Source: Oikopleura dioica (Eukaryota > Animalia > Chordata). From it: a stretch of 64,000 nt of DNA. Location of the stretch: assembly GCA_907165135.1 (NCBI GenBank), contig OU015569.1:10788001-10852000 (forward strand), given 5' to 3'. Positions 62,613 to 64,000 of this stretch are shown here, one piece after another. The notes under the pieces were generated by a model. The model did no database searches and was not told the DNA's origin. It saw only the letters and a program-made list of their open reading frames with translations. Both the position numbers and the translations under genes were made by a program. The first letter of the stretch is position 1, and every line of letters starts with the position of its first letter.

Positions 62613-64000
62613 TTACTTCTCAGGGGCAGTACTGTCGTCAGCCGAGTACTCCGATTGCTGTTGCCAGAGAGAGGAATAAGTCCCGCCCAAAGCAATGAGC
62701 TCAGAATGCGTACCTTCTTCTTGAATTTTTCCTTCGTCGATGACCAAAATTTTATGCGAGTGAATGATGGTCGACAATCTATGAGCAATCATCAGGCAGG
62801 TCACTCCTTCCACAGCCTTCAATAACTCCTTGTGAATTTGTTTTTCCGTCACTGTATCAAGCGCCGAAGTTGCTTCGTCCAAAATGACAGCTTTCGGTGC
62901 TTTGAGAAGGAGTCGCGCGATCGCTACTCTTTGTTTCTCGCCTCCTGACAGAGCCAGGCCTCGCTCGCCAACTTCGCTCTGCAGCCCGTTCTTCCATTTT
63001 GAAGGAGTGAGATTAGCAACTTCCACGGCTTTTTGAATCTCTTCTTCATTCGCAGTCAATTTCGAATACTTGATATTTTCCTCAATAGTATCGTTGAATA
63101 GTGTTATGTCTTGCGAAACAGTGCCAATGAATTTGCGCACTTGTTTTCGCCCCAATTGGCTGATTCTCCACCCGCCGACTTTGACAGCGCCATCTGTTGG
63201 TTCAACCAGACCAAGGAGAATCCTAGCAATGGTCGATTTACCACCACCAGTTGTGCCCACAATCGCCCATGTTTCGCCAGGCGGAACAGTGAGGCTGATG
63301 GAAGAGAGGATTTCGCGCTCGTCTTCGCCGTACCGGAATGAAACATTTTCGAGAGATAGTTCTAGCGGCGCTTGTTTCAGCTATAAACGCAAGTTAAAAA
63401 AGTAATTCAGAAGAGTCAACAACCTTAATTGGCTCTTCTGGATCTTTTGGCTCTGGTCGCTCAGCTAATAGATCCATGAGCTTCTCGGTATCCGTGATCG
63501 CTGCTTGTATAATTCTGTAATAAGTTCCAAGAAAATTCAGCGGCGTATAAAGCTGGGCCATATAAGTGCCGAAAAGAACGTAATCTCCGACTGTGTATTT
63601 TCCATCAAGAACTGACTGGACGGCGATGAGGGAGCCGATCGCGAAGCCAATATTGTTCAGAACATTCTGTACTGTATTGAGAACTGTGAGACTGTAGGTG
63701 ACTTTGCGCTCTTCTTTCTGGTAGTTTTTGATTTTGTCTTCATACAGTTTTGTCTCGTGCTTTTCGTTGCAGTTGAGCTTTACCTGCTCGAAGTTGAGCA
63801 ACGAGTCGATGGCTCTGAAGTAAATGTCAAATAACCAGCATTGTAAGATGCTTCTCTGACCTTGAATTCTGCGAATTGGACATTGCGATCATCTTTCTCC
63901 TGTATTTAGTCCTCCTCTCTGTAATTCCAATTGTTGAAACAATGTACAACGCTGCCGTTACAAGAACAATGATCGAGAATCGCCAGTCGAAAGCGACGCC
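62613..64000 (-). CDS. ABCB6: ABC half-transporter ABCB6/HMT-1-like; 5' part lies beyond the window
   Basis: TVGDYVLFGTYMAQLYTPLNFLGTYYRIIQ; Walker A GTTGGGKST; signature LSGGEKQRVAIAR; Walker B/D-loop ILDEATSALD; IAHRLST. Confidence 0.93.

Noticed and set aside
33221-64000. Metal-homeostasis cluster (CTR plus ABCB6/HMT-1)
   Set aside because: The genes are ~29 kb apart with many unrelated genes between them; probably coincidence

Overview
Gene-dense, compact animal genomic DNA. Introns are mostly 40-100 bp, at least seven appear to have non-canonical GA/GG/GC-AG boundaries, and several same-strand genes are tightly packed with a splice acceptor just before the ATG. Together these traits best fit an appendicularian tunicate such as Oikopleura dioica (inference, not proven). 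Recognisable spliced genes: NDP kinase, peflin-like penta-EF-hand, MAD2, nardilysin, G-alpha-i, a DEG/ENaC channel, an NK2.2-type homeobox gene, a secretin-family GPCR, a UBE2O-like E2, TMEM184, a CTR copper transporter, a FoxJ factor and ABCB6, plus several orphan genes. Many non-autonomous DNA transposons are present (hAT-like, TTAA-flanked Kolobok-like, foldbacks); no transposase was seen. Best leads: (1) a hAT-like MITE inside a coding exon whose end and target duplication supply in-frame splice sites, a possible intron in the making; (2) an E2 with SIM-like motifs and four UBZ-like fingers; (3) a class B GPCR lacking the hormone-binding ectodomain; (4) a stand-alone RPA32 C-terminal winged-helix gene interrupted by a hAT-like element carrying a hairpin satellite; (5) a tail-anchored protein with a LIR-like motif. 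All exon structures were derived by hand and no database search was run.
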